From: Bacteroidota bacterium
GTDB lineage: Bacteria; Bacteroidota; Bacteroidia; Chitinophagales; Chitinophagaceae
DNA length: 64,000 bases
Assembly: GCA_046048175.1 (NCBI GenBank)
Contig: JBJOGP010000005.1
Span: 305-64,304 of the forward strand
Direction of reading: 5' to 3'
In this document: positions 49,861-58,476 of the stretch, piece by piece
Layout: each line of letters begins with the position of its first letter
Numbering within the stretch: position 1 is the stretch's first letter
The notes under the pieces: model-generated
The model's input: the letters and a program-made list of their open reading frames with translations, nothing else
Database searches by the model: none
Told to the model about the DNA's origin: nothing
Translations under genes and position numbers: made by a program

Positions 49861-51867
49861 TTACCAGGCAGCCATTATTGTGGAAGAATGAGCCTTTAAA
49901 ATTACTTTTTCTTTTGAGGGTATTTTACTAGGAGTTGGTAAAAAGAAATGATTTTTCATGACCATATGTAAAGCCACCCCTTTCTTTCCCAGATACGCGT
50001 AAGGATCAATTTGGATGGATTTGTCACTTGGATTAAACCAAACTTGAACATTTCTCCAGTTATCAGCAGTTTCTGTAGCGTCCATAAAATATCCGACTAA
50101 GCCTGTACTGCTATCTGCATAAAATTGTACTTGGCGTGAAGGATCTGGCAGGCTAAAAACGGGATGACTCCTTTTCAATTGAATCAGATTTTTTACAAAT
50201 CCAACTAAGTCTGTGTGAATTGTTTTCAGCTCCCAGTCAATGGCGTTAATACTATCAGGAGACTCAAACGAATTTTCAACCCCTTTTTTAGTTCTCATAA
50301 ATTCAGAACCTGCATGAATAAAAGCTGGACTTTGAGAAGTTAATATTAACGCATAGGCTAATTTCTGAAGTTCTTTAATTTGAGGTAACGAATAAGTTGG
50401 ATTAGAAATTTGCAATTTGTCTCTCAACGTATGATTATCATGACAATCTGCATATGCAATTAATTGTTGAGGACTCTTTGTTAATGGCGTTTTTGTATAT
50501 CTTACATTTTCATAGTTAATAGCAGGATGCGCAACCCCACCTACTAAGCCAAAAAGTATAGAATTGATATCGCTGGTAGACCCGCTTAAGTACCCTTTTT
50601 GAGTTGGCTCAAAAACACTTCCTTTTAATCCATCTCTAAATTCATCCCCAAAAACTGCGATAGAATTCAATTGATTCACATTACTTTTCAAGGCTCTTTC
50701 CTTATCTGACAATGGTGAAGCACCCGCAGTCCACCCCTCACCATATAAAAGAATGGAGGGATTTATGGCTCGTAAAGTATCTGCGATCATATTCATTGTT
50801 GCTATGTCATGAATCCCCATTAGATCAAATCGAAAACCATCAATATGATACTCGGTTAACCAATGTTTCAAAGATTGAAGCATAAAATTTCTAAACATTG
50901 GCCTTTCGCTAGCCGTTTCATTTCCACAAGCGGATGCATTCGAAAAATACCCATTGCTAGTCTTACGATAATAATATCCAGGCACTAATTGCTCAAACGA
51001 TGAATTCTCCGAAAGAGCTGTATGATTATATACTACGTCCATTACAATTTTTAAACCCTTTTCGTGAAAGGACTGAACCATTTTTTTCAACTCGATTATT
51101 CGTGTAGCGGGATCTATATTGCTTGATGCATAAACACCTTCTGGAGAATTATAATGAAAGGGATCATATCCCCAATTATATGGAGGTGAAGGCTTTGATT
51201 CATCACTGGATTTGAAATCAAAAAATGGCAGTAAATGAACATGTGTAACACCAAGTTCACGGATATGATCTACTCCCGTTGATAATCCCTCATTATTGAT
51301 TGTACCTACCTCTGTAAGACCAAGATACTTTCCCTTCTTTTGAATACCAGAAGATAAATGCTTGCTTGCATCTCTTATATTCAATTCGTAAATAATAACT
51401 GCATTAGTTTTTGTCTGATTAATTGAAACATCTTTTTTCCAGCCTAATGGGTTGGTTTTTTCTAATTCAAGAATGGCTGAATAGGTGCCATTTTCACTAA
51501 CTGCAATTGAGTACGGATCTGTTACCCATTTACTCCAAGTCCTACCGGCGCCATTTATTGGATTCCTGGCACGGAGCAAATAATATTTATAATTATTACT
51601 CTTATGGAATTGGAGTTCCCACACTCCTTGCTCTACGCTTTTTAAATAATACGTTTGCGAATGATTCGGTTCCTTCTCTTTGATTAAGAGGGCCTCTACA
51701 CTATCGGCTAAGGGTGCCCAAACTTTTATACAAAATGAGTCTCCTCGATTGGTTAAGCCTAAATCAAATGTTGAGTAAACAGGCAACACTTGATTTTGAG
51801 TCTGCCCTTTACCCCATGAGGGGAAGAGAAGGAAAAAAAGTGGAAAATAGAGTAGAAAACGGTGCAT
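49861..51867 (-). CDS. pulA: Type I pullulanase (GH13), exported
   Basis: YNWGYDP, MDVVYNH, GFRFDLMG, YGEGW, HDN; CBM48-like VWAP; start ATG 51867 yields a signal peptide. Confidence 0.93.
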   Translation of the reverse strand: MHRFLLYFPLFFLLFPSWGKGQTQNQVLPVYSTFDLGLTNRGDSFCIKVWAPLADSVEALLIKEKEPNHSQTYYLKSVEQGVWELQFHKSNNYKYYLLRARNPINGAGRTWSKWVTDPYSIAVSENGTYSAILELEKTNPLGWKKDVSINQTKTNAVIIYELNIRDASKHLSSGIQKKGKYLGLTEVGTINNEGLSTGVDHIRELGVTHVHLLPFFDFKSSDESKPSPPYNWGYDPFHYNSPEGVYASSNIDPATRIIELKKMVQSFHEKGLKIVMDVVYNHTALSENSSFEQLVPGYYYRKTSNGYFSNASACGNETASERPMFRNFMLQSLKHWLTEYHIDGFRFDLMGIHDIATMNMIADTLRAINPSILLYGEGWTAGASPLSDKERALKSNVNQLNSIAVFGDEFRDGLKGSVFEPTQKGYLSGSTSDINSILFGLVGGVAHPAINYENVRYTKTPLTKSPQQLIAYADCHDNHTLRDKLQISNPTYSLPQIKELQKLAYALILTSQSPAFIHAGSEFMRTKKGVENSFESPDSINAIDWELKTIHTDLVGFVKNLIQLKRSHPVFSLPDPSRQVQFYADSSTGLVGYFMDATETADNWRNVQVWFNPSDKSIQIDPYAYLGKKGVALHMVMKNHFFLPTPSKIPSKEKVILKAHSSTIMAAW

Positions 51868-51870
51868 GGT

Positions 51871-51896
51871 CAAAGATACAAATTGAAGTATCTTGG
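51871..51896. promoter_or_regulatory. Divergent boxes for pulA (TATCTTTG, minus, 51871-51878) and the GMC operon (TATCTTGG variant, plus, 51889-51896)
   Basis: Both lie in a 57-nt gap; the pulA box is 3 nt from its ATG. Confidence 0.6.
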
Positions 51897-51924
51897 GCAT
51901 GTCTAACCCGTTAACAAAAATGAC

Positions 51925-53673
51925 ATGGCAGACCTTCAAATAAAAAAAAGTAAAACAGTTTATGATGCAGTTATAGTTGGCTCTGGAGCTGGCGGTGGAA
52001 TGGCTGCATATGTGCTGGCAAACGCTGGTCTTAAAGTTTGCTTACTTGAGGCAGGGCATCATTATGACCCACAAAAAAATATTACACAATTAAAAAACCC
52101 TTGGGACTCTCCCCGCAGAGGAGCTAGTACGTCATACCGACCTTTTGGGGATTTTGATGCTTGTTACGCTGGTTGGAAAGTAGAGGGAGAACCTTTTTCT
52201 AAAGAAAGTGGTACTGATTTCATGTGGTGGCGTGCAAGAATGCTTGGTGGACGCACCAATCATTGGGGCAGGATTTCTTTACGATTCGGTCCTAAAGATT
52301 TTAAAAGAAAAAGTATTGACGGATTGGGAGATGACTGGCCAATCGGATATGAAGATATAAAGCCTTATTATGACAAAATCGATCAGTTAATAGGAATATT
52401 TGGCACGAATGAAGGATTAGAAAATGATCCGGATGGATATTTTCTTCCTCCACCCAAACCACGATTGCATGAACTTTTTATTAGAAAAGGAGCCGAAAAG
52501 GCTGGCGTTAAAGTAATTCCTTCTCGATTGTCTATTTTAACAAAACCCATCAAAAATAATGCTGGAAGAGGCGCCTGCTTTTATTGTGGACAATGTAATA
52601 GAAATTGTAGTTACGCAAAAGCTGACTTTTCTGCAACAAACGTACTAATCTACCCTGCCCTTTCAACAGGCAATGTCGATTTAATTACCAACGCAATGGT
52701 CAGGGAGGTTTTAACCAACAAAGAAGGATTGGCTACAGGGGTCTCCTATGTTGACAAAATTAGCATGACCGAATATCAGGTAAATGGTCGAGTAGTAATT
52801 CTTGCAGCCAGCGCGTGTGAAAGCGCACGTTTGCTTTTGAATTCAACCTCCACCCGTCATGCAAATGGATTGGCTAACAATAGTAACGTTGTAGGCAAAT
52901 ACCTCCATGATTCTACGGGTGCTGCCATGGGAGGAGTTCTGCCTTCGCTATTTGGAAGAAAACGTTACAACGAAGATGGTGTTGGTGGTGCGCATATTTA
53001 TTCTCCATGGTGGCTTGATAACAAGAAACTAGATTTTCCAAGAGGTTACCACATTGAATATTGGGGAGGCATGGGACAACCTTCCTATGGTTTTAATTGG
53101 GGCATTGAAAACCTCAATGGTAAGTATCTAGTGAAAGGTGTTAAAAAAGAAGCAGGTGGTTATGGTACATCATTAAAAGAAGATTACCGCTATTTCTACG
53201 GATGTGGCGTAGGAATGGCAGGTCGTGGAGAGGCAATCCCCTTAGAAAGTAATTATTGTGCAATTGATCCCAATACTGTCGATCGTTACGGAATTCCTGT
53301 TTTGAAGTTTAATGTGAAGTGGAGTGAGCATGAAATAAACCAGGCAAAGCACATGAAAGAAACTTTTAAAGAGATCATGCATAATATGGGTGCTATTGTA
53401 ACCTGGGGAGCAGATGATGGCCCACACAACAATTGGGGACTTAGCAAACCAGGCGAAATCATTCATGAAGCTGGAACTGTTAGAATGGGAAATGATCCCA
53501 AACGTTCTGCCCTTAATAAATGGAGCCAAGCGCATGATTGTAAAAATTTATTCTGTGTTGACGGAGGACAATTTGTTTCACAGGCGGATAAGAACATAAC
53601 CTGGACAATATTGGCGCTTTCAATGCGAGCATCAGAATACATTATTGATCAACTAAAGAAAAACGAACTATAA
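51925..53673 (+). CDS. GMC-family FAD oxidoreductase (glucoside 3-dehydrogenase-like catalytic subunit)
   Basis: VGSGAGGG, LEAG, GGRTNHWGR, DWP, Cys cluster CFYCGQCNRNC, HEAGTVRMG. Confidence 0.9.
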   Translation: MADLQIKKSKTVYDAVIVGSGAGGGMAAYVLANAGLKVCLLEAGHHYDPQKNITQLKNPWDSPRRGASTSYRPFGDFDACYAGWKVEGEPFSKESGTDFMWWRARMLGGRTNHWGRISLRFGPKDFKRKSIDGLGDDWPIGYEDIKPYYDKIDQLIGIFGTNEGLENDPDGYFLPPPKPRLHELFIRKGAEKAGVKVIPSRLSILTKPIKNNAGRGACFYCGQCNRNCSYAKADFSATNVLIYPALSTGNVDLITNAMVREVLTNKEGLATGVSYVDKISMTEYQVNGRVVILAASACESARLLLNSTSTRHANGLANNSNVVGKYLHDSTGAAMGGVLPSLFGRKRYNEDGVGGAHIYSPWWLDNKKLDFPRGYHIEYWGGMGQPSYGFNWGIENLNGKYLVKGVKKEAGGYGTSLKEDYRYFYGCGVGMAGRGEAIPLESNYCAIDPNTVDRYGIPVLKFNVKWSEHEINQAKHMKETFKEIMHNMGAIVTWGADDGPHNNWGLSKPGEIIHEAGTVRMGNDPKRSALNKWSQAHDCKNLFCVDGGQFVSQADKNITWTILALSMRASEYIIDQLKKNEL

Positions 53674-54338
53674 TGGACAGACGAAAATCCTTGAAACTGC
53701 TCGCTACTGGTGCACTGGCATCTCCCATAGCATTAAGTGGTTGTAAAACTTCTCCCGACGACGAGTCAACAAAAGCAGAACCTACCTTCAACTTAGATAG
53801 AAGTCCGGACGAGATTATCTTAGAAAAGAAGATTCTCTCGCAAGAGAAATTTTTCACTGCGCATGAATTGGCTACACTTACAGTGTTGGTGGATATAATC
53901 ATTCCAAAAGATGACAAAAGCGGTTCGGCCAGCGAAGCTGGTGTGCCTGCATTTTTAGAGTTCATTGTAAAAGATATGCCCGAGCATCAAACACCATTAA
54001 GAGGTGGGCTCAAATGGCTGGATCTTCAAATGTTCAAAAATTATGAAAAGCCATTTATTCAGTGCTCTCCTTCCGAACAGATAGCTTTGATTGACCAAAT
54101 CGCTTTTCCGGAAAAAGCTCCCAAAAACTTAAAGCAAGGTGTGTCTTTTTTTACACTTTTACGCAACCTTACTGCCACTGGCTTTTACACTTCAGAAATA
54201 GGCGTAAAAGATCTTGAATATATGGGGAATCAACCTAACCAGTGGAATGGAGTGCCCAAAGAAGTATTAGAAGAATTTAAAATTTCTTACTCGGAAAAAG
54301 ATGAAGAAGTTTGCATAAAATACGACACTAAAGCATAG
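53673..54338 (+). CDS. Gluconate 2-dehydrogenase subunit 3-family protein (Tat signal, lipobox)
   Basis: MDRRKSLK twin-arginine, LSGC lipobox, IIP.D..SGSA.EAGV, FF..LRNLT.TGFYTS..G; TAATG coupling with the GMC gene. Confidence 0.9.
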   Translation: MDRRKSLKLLATGALASPIALSGCKTSPDDESTKAEPTFNLDRSPDEIILEKKILSQEKFFTAHELATLTVLVDIIIPKDDKSGSASEAGVPAFLEFIVKDMPEHQTPLRGGLKWLDLQMFKNYEKPFIQCSPSEQIALIDQIAFPEKAPKNLKQGVSFFTLLRNLTATGFYTSEIGVKDLEYMGNQPNQWNGVPKEVLEEFKISYSEKDEEVCIKYDTKA

Positions 54339-54345
54339 ACTCATT

Positions 54346-56376
54346 TTGATTACGCAGGCAACGATACAGCAAATAATGGCGCGGGCCGACATCACCGATG
54401 TTGTTGGCAGTTTTGTCAAGCTCAAAAAGAGAGGCACTAATTTATTAGGACTATGCCCCTTTCACAATGAAAAGACCCCTTCTTTCACTGTTTCACCTGC
54501 TAAGGAAATATACAAGTGCTTTGGGTGCGGCAAAAGTGGAAATGTTGTCAGCTTTGTAATGGAGCATGAAAAATACAGCTATCCAGAAACTTTAAAGTGG
54601 CTCGCTCAACGCTACCAGATTGAAATTGAAGAGACGCAACTGAACGACGATCAACGACAGGCTTTGCAAATAGCAGATAGCCTGTTTGCGTTAAATCAAT
54701 TTGCCCAAGAATTTTTTACAAATCAGTTGCTACATACTGAAGAGGGAAAGGCAATCGGTTTAAGTTATTTTGAAGAGAGAGGATTTAGAAAAGAAATAAT
54801 TCAAAAGTTTCAGTTAGGGTACTCCCCGGAACAAAGAGACGCTTTTACGCAGGCTGCATTAAAACAACAATTTAATCCAGACCTACTTCAAAAAGCAGGG
54901 CTCAGTAATAGCCGCTATGATCAGCTACAGGACAATTACCGCTCCCGGGTTATATTTCCAATTCACAACCACAGCGGAAAAGTATTAGGCTTTGGCGCCC
55001 GTATTTTGACTTCAACCGAAAAAGCACCAAAGTACATCAACACTCCCGAGAACGAGATTTATGTAAAAAGCAAGATTCTATATGGATCTTATTTTGCTAG
55101 ACAAGCAATCGACAAGGCAAACGAATGTCTCTTAGTAGAGGGATATACAGATGTTATTTCTTTACATCAAGCGGGCATTGAAAATGTAGTTGCCTCGGGT
55201 GGCACAGCCCTAACAATCGACCAACTTCGATTGATAAAAAAGTACACTCGCAATCTCACTATCATTTACGACGGTGATCAAGCTGGCATTAAAGCAGCCT
55301 TGCGTGGCCTCGATTTGGCTCTGGAAGAAGGACTAGAAGTTAAACTTGTACTTATTCCAGATGGCGACGATCCGGATAGCTATGTCAACAAATTGGGTCC
55401 TTCACAATTCAAAGCTTTTGTTGATGCAAATAAGAAAGATGTTATTCTCTTTCAATTGGAAGTTGCTCTGCAAGAAGCGGGTACAGATACCGCGCAGAAA
55501 GCAAAAGTAGTTAACCGAATAGCTGAATCGATTTCAAGAATTAATAAAGCGGAAGACTTTACCAAGCAGCAAGATTACATCAAGCAATGTGCCAATCTTC
55601 TAAAAATTGAAGAAGCCGGTTTACATACACTTGTAAATAAATACATTCGAGATCGAATTAGCCAGCAGGAAAAAAGAATTCCAACTAACGAAGCAAAAAC
55701 ATTTGAAGAAAATGCAAGACAATCGCAGCAAAACGAATTTGATGACGCTACGTTTGCCCTGCTATTCAAAGATGAATTACAAGAAAAAGAAGTAGCTAGG
55801 ATTCTATTGGAATTTGGTAGTCGAATTTGGGAAAATGGAACTAGTGTTGCTGATTATATTTTTGAAGAAATAGATGAATCTTTAATTGAAAACGAGAGCG
55901 TACTTCAGTTGTTCAAAGCCTATCAGCAGGAAAAAAGAAGTGGCCACTCCTCGATCGGATCTCAATACTTTGTGCATCATAGCGATCAACAACTAAGTGC
56001 TTTTGCGGTTTCTCTTCTTCAATTTCCGCATGAAGAAAGTCAACGATGGAAGCAAGACTTCAGTCAGGCTACAGGATACCAATCAACCCTATTCGAAAAG
56101 CCATATGAAGAGTTTATTGAAACCTTAACGCCAGATAAAAAAGACTCTTTACTAACCTACCTTCAATCGGAGGAAGACAGGACACCAGAAGCAATTCGCT
56201 CTGCTATTCATTATCTCAAATTGAAAAAGATAAAGCGAATGCTGATGGACAATCAAAAAGACTTAGAAAACGAAAAAGACAGCCAGGAAATAAAGGTTTT
56301 GTTACAGACGCACGAACACCTAAAAAAACTAGAAAAAGCCCTAGCTGATGCGGTAGGCTCTGTTATTATCCGTTAA
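54346..56376 (+). CDS. dnaG: DNA primase
   Basis: CHC2 zinc finger CPFH.EKTPSF...CFGC, GFGAR, KYINTPE, VEGYTDV, YDGD.AG, DPD; TTG start. Confidence 0.97.
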   Translation: MITQATIQQIMARADITDVVGSFVKLKKRGTNLLGLCPFHNEKTPSFTVSPAKEIYKCFGCGKSGNVVSFVMEHEKYSYPETLKWLAQRYQIEIEETQLNDDQRQALQIADSLFALNQFAQEFFTNQLLHTEEGKAIGLSYFEERGFRKEIIQKFQLGYSPEQRDAFTQAALKQQFNPDLLQKAGLSNSRYDQLQDNYRSRVIFPIHNHSGKVLGFGARILTSTEKAPKYINTPENEIYVKSKILYGSYFARQAIDKANECLLVEGYTDVISLHQAGIENVVASGGTALTIDQLRLIKKYTRNLTIIYDGDQAGIKAALRGLDLALEEGLEVKLVLIPDGDDPDSYVNKLGPSQFKAFVDANKKDVILFQLEVALQEAGTDTAQKAKVVNRIAESISRINKAEDFTKQQDYIKQCANLLKIEEAGLHTLVNKYIRDRISQQEKRIPTNEAKTFEENARQSQQNEFDDATFALLFKDELQEKEVARILLEFGSRIWENGTSVADYIFEEIDESLIENESVLQLFKAYQQEKRSGHSSIGSQYFVHHSDQQLSAFAVSLLQFPHEESQRWKQDFSQATGYQSTLFEKPYEEFIETLTPDKKDSLLTYLQSEEDRTPEAIRSAIHYLKLKKIKRMLMDNQKDLENEKDSQEIKVLLQTHEHLKKLEKALADAVGSVIIR

Positions 56377-56773
56377 CTACTGCTTCCATTTCACAACGAG
56401 TGAAACGAAGTGCACTCCAAACATGGTCCAATTCAATTCTCTCAATACTCTCATACCCACCGCCAGTTAATTGATTCCAACTGGACTCCCTGTTTAAATC
56501 AGTAACAATTTTTGAAGTAGCTTTTGGATAAGCAACCCAAAACTTAGAGTTTTCTCTTAAGTTAGGCATCACATCTCTCAGAATACCATTGAGTTGCACC
56601 TCGTTAACTGCGAACACTAGCGCAAAATCAATTTTCCTGTTTTTTAAAAGAGGGGTTACATTTTTAGCGAAAGATAACTTGCTAAACTGTTTTTCTATAG
56701 AGGAAGGTAAACCTTGAATTAATAAGTTTTTCTCATCAGCCAGTTGCAACTTTTCAAAGATGGACAGGGACAT
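56366..56773 (-). CDS. Hypothetical protein (DUF3052-like)
   Basis: FWVAYPK...DLNR...W...D.VWSALRF pattern; ATG 56773. Confidence 0.7.
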   Translation of the reverse strand: MSLSIFEKLQLADEKNLLIQGLPSSIEKQFSKLSFAKNVTPLLKNRKIDFALVFAVNEVQLNGILRDVMPNLRENSKFWVAYPKATSKIVTDLNRESSWNQLTGGGYESIERIELDHVWSALRFTRCEMEAVVNG

Positions 56774-56891
56774 AGGCAAAACTTTAAAGGGATGTAAAGT
56801 TACCAAAAAATGGGCAAAAATCGGTTGTAACAAGCGTAAAGAAACAGGTAAAAATAGAAAAGAATGAGTTAAAAAACTGAATTACAGGTAG

Positions 56892-57566
56892 TTATACTTC
56901 TGAATCTGTTTTTCTTCGATCTGCCCTTTCTCGACGGCGACGGTCTCTGCTCTTTAAAATTGGAGCTTTTGATTCCTCACCTCTTAATAAACGTCCGATG
57001 TTTTTCTGGTGCGTAAGAAGCACGATTAAAGCTACTGCAATTGCGAAGACTCTGTAAAGCGGGTTATCTACGTTAAAAATAACAAGGATAAAAATAGGAA
57101 AGGCAATACTTGCCAGTATAGAGCTCAGCGAAACAAATCTCGTAAGATAAAGAACAATCAAAAACACTGCAACACATCCCACCGCAGTAATTGGCGATAT
57201 GCCGAGTACCATTCCAAATACTGTAGCAACCCCCTTCCCACCTCTAAAATCCGCCCAAATGGGAAAAATATGTCCTAAAACAGCAGCCAGGCCAAGTCCA
57301 GTTTGTAGATTCTGAAATTGTAAATCTTGGTCAACATATGCAGGTAAAAGCCAGGCCAATTGAACAGCAGCCATACCCTTTAGCATATCCATGATCATTA
57401 CGAATGTACCCCAGCGAGATCCCAATACCCTATAAACATTTGTGGCACCAGCATTACCGCTACCATAATCGCGAATATCAATCCCAAAAAAACGCTTGCT
57501 TACCCATACAGAAGTGGGCACGCTTCCAATCAAGTAAGCCAGTATAATAACTAATACTTCGTTCAT
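56892..57566 (-). CDS. plsY: Glycerol-3-phosphate 1-O-acyltransferase
   Basis: YLIGS, DIR.YGSGNAGATN, D.LKG, GHIFP, FRGGKGVAT, H..NI.RL..G.E. Confidence 0.96.
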   Translation of the reverse strand: MNEVLVIILAYLIGSVPTSVWVSKRFFGIDIRDYGSGNAGATNVYRVLGSRWGTFVMIMDMLKGMAAVQLAWLLPAYVDQDLQFQNLQTGLGLAAVLGHIFPIWADFRGGKGVATVFGMVLGISPITAVGCVAVFLIVLYLTRFVSLSSILASIAFPIFILVIFNVDNPLYRVFAIAVALIVLLTHQKNIGRLLRGEESKAPILKSRDRRRRERADRRKTDSEV

Positions 57567-57627
57567 GCTAAGTAGGGCTTAACAAAAATATAATAAAAAA
57601 TTAATCTTTCAAGATAAATGGCGCGAC

Positions 57628-58446
57628 TCACTGTCGCTGCAAGCGTAAAAACACCCATTCATTTTGGGACTGCGTAGACTCTACAATAAAACCGTTTGTT
57701 TGAGCTGCACTAGTTAAATCTTCAACATCATCACTTAAAAAACCACTTAATAGTAAAATTCCATTTGGTGTCAATATAGAATGAAAGTTAGAAATGAATC
57801 GGAGTAATACAGATTTATTAATATTGGCAAGTATTACATCAAAAGTTTCTGCAGAGGGAGGATGCGCTGCACAACTAACAAAAATATCAGCAGTATTATT
57901 TAATTGAATGTTTTCGGTTGCATTTTCTATGCTCCATGTATCGTTATCTATCGCTGCAACATAAGAGGCACCCATTTTTTTAGACAAAATAGCTAGTACG
58001 CCGGTTCCTGTACCAAAATCCAACACACGTTTGTTTAAAAACTCAATTCCTTTCATTTGATCAATCATCATGAAAGTCGTTGCATGATGCCCTGTGCCAA
58101 AACTCATCTTTGGATTAATTACAATATCATATTTCGCCTCATTGGCAGGGTTATGAAAAGAAGCCCTAACTACAGCGAAGGTTCCAACTTTAACAGGTTG
58201 AAAATTTGATTCCCATTGCTGGTTCCAGTTATTTGGCTTTATCAAATTCTGCTGAACTTTAACTTGACTTTCCGTACACCAGCTCTCAAATTCTAATAGA
58301 TTTAATGTAGAATGTGGGATATAAGCTTTTAGATAAGTTGTTTCTTCTAGAAAGCCGTCAAAGCCCAATGCCGTGAGGGAAGCGATAAAAAGTGAGGATT
58401 GCTCCTCACTTGATACAGGTATTATTATTTCAATATAATCTTCCAT
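57628..58446 (-). CDS. prmA: 50S ribosomal protein L11 methyltransferase
   Basis: NWN..WE, INPKMSFGTGHHATT, LDFGTGTGVLAI, DND, ILANI, LSG; start ATG 58446. Confidence 0.94.
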   Translation of the reverse strand: MEDYIEIIIPVSSEEQSSLFIASLTALGFDGFLEETTYLKAYIPHSTLNLLEFESWCTESQVKVQQNLIKPNNWNQQWESNFQPVKVGTFAVVRASFHNPANEAKYDIVINPKMSFGTGHHATTFMMIDQMKGIEFLNKRVLDFGTGTGVLAILSKKMGASYVAAIDNDTWSIENATENIQLNNTADIFVSCAAHPPSAETFDVILANINKSVLLRFISNFHSILTPNGILLLSGFLSDDVEDLTSAAQTNGFIVESTQSQNEWVFLRLQRQ

Positions 58447-58472
58447 AAAAAATGACCCGCTAGGGGTCATTT
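58447..58472 (-). terminator. Intrinsic terminator after pnp, abutting the prmA start
   Basis: Minus strand AAATGACCC-CTAGC-GGGTCATTTTTT then ATG. Confidence 0.75.
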
Positions 58473-58476
58473 AATT

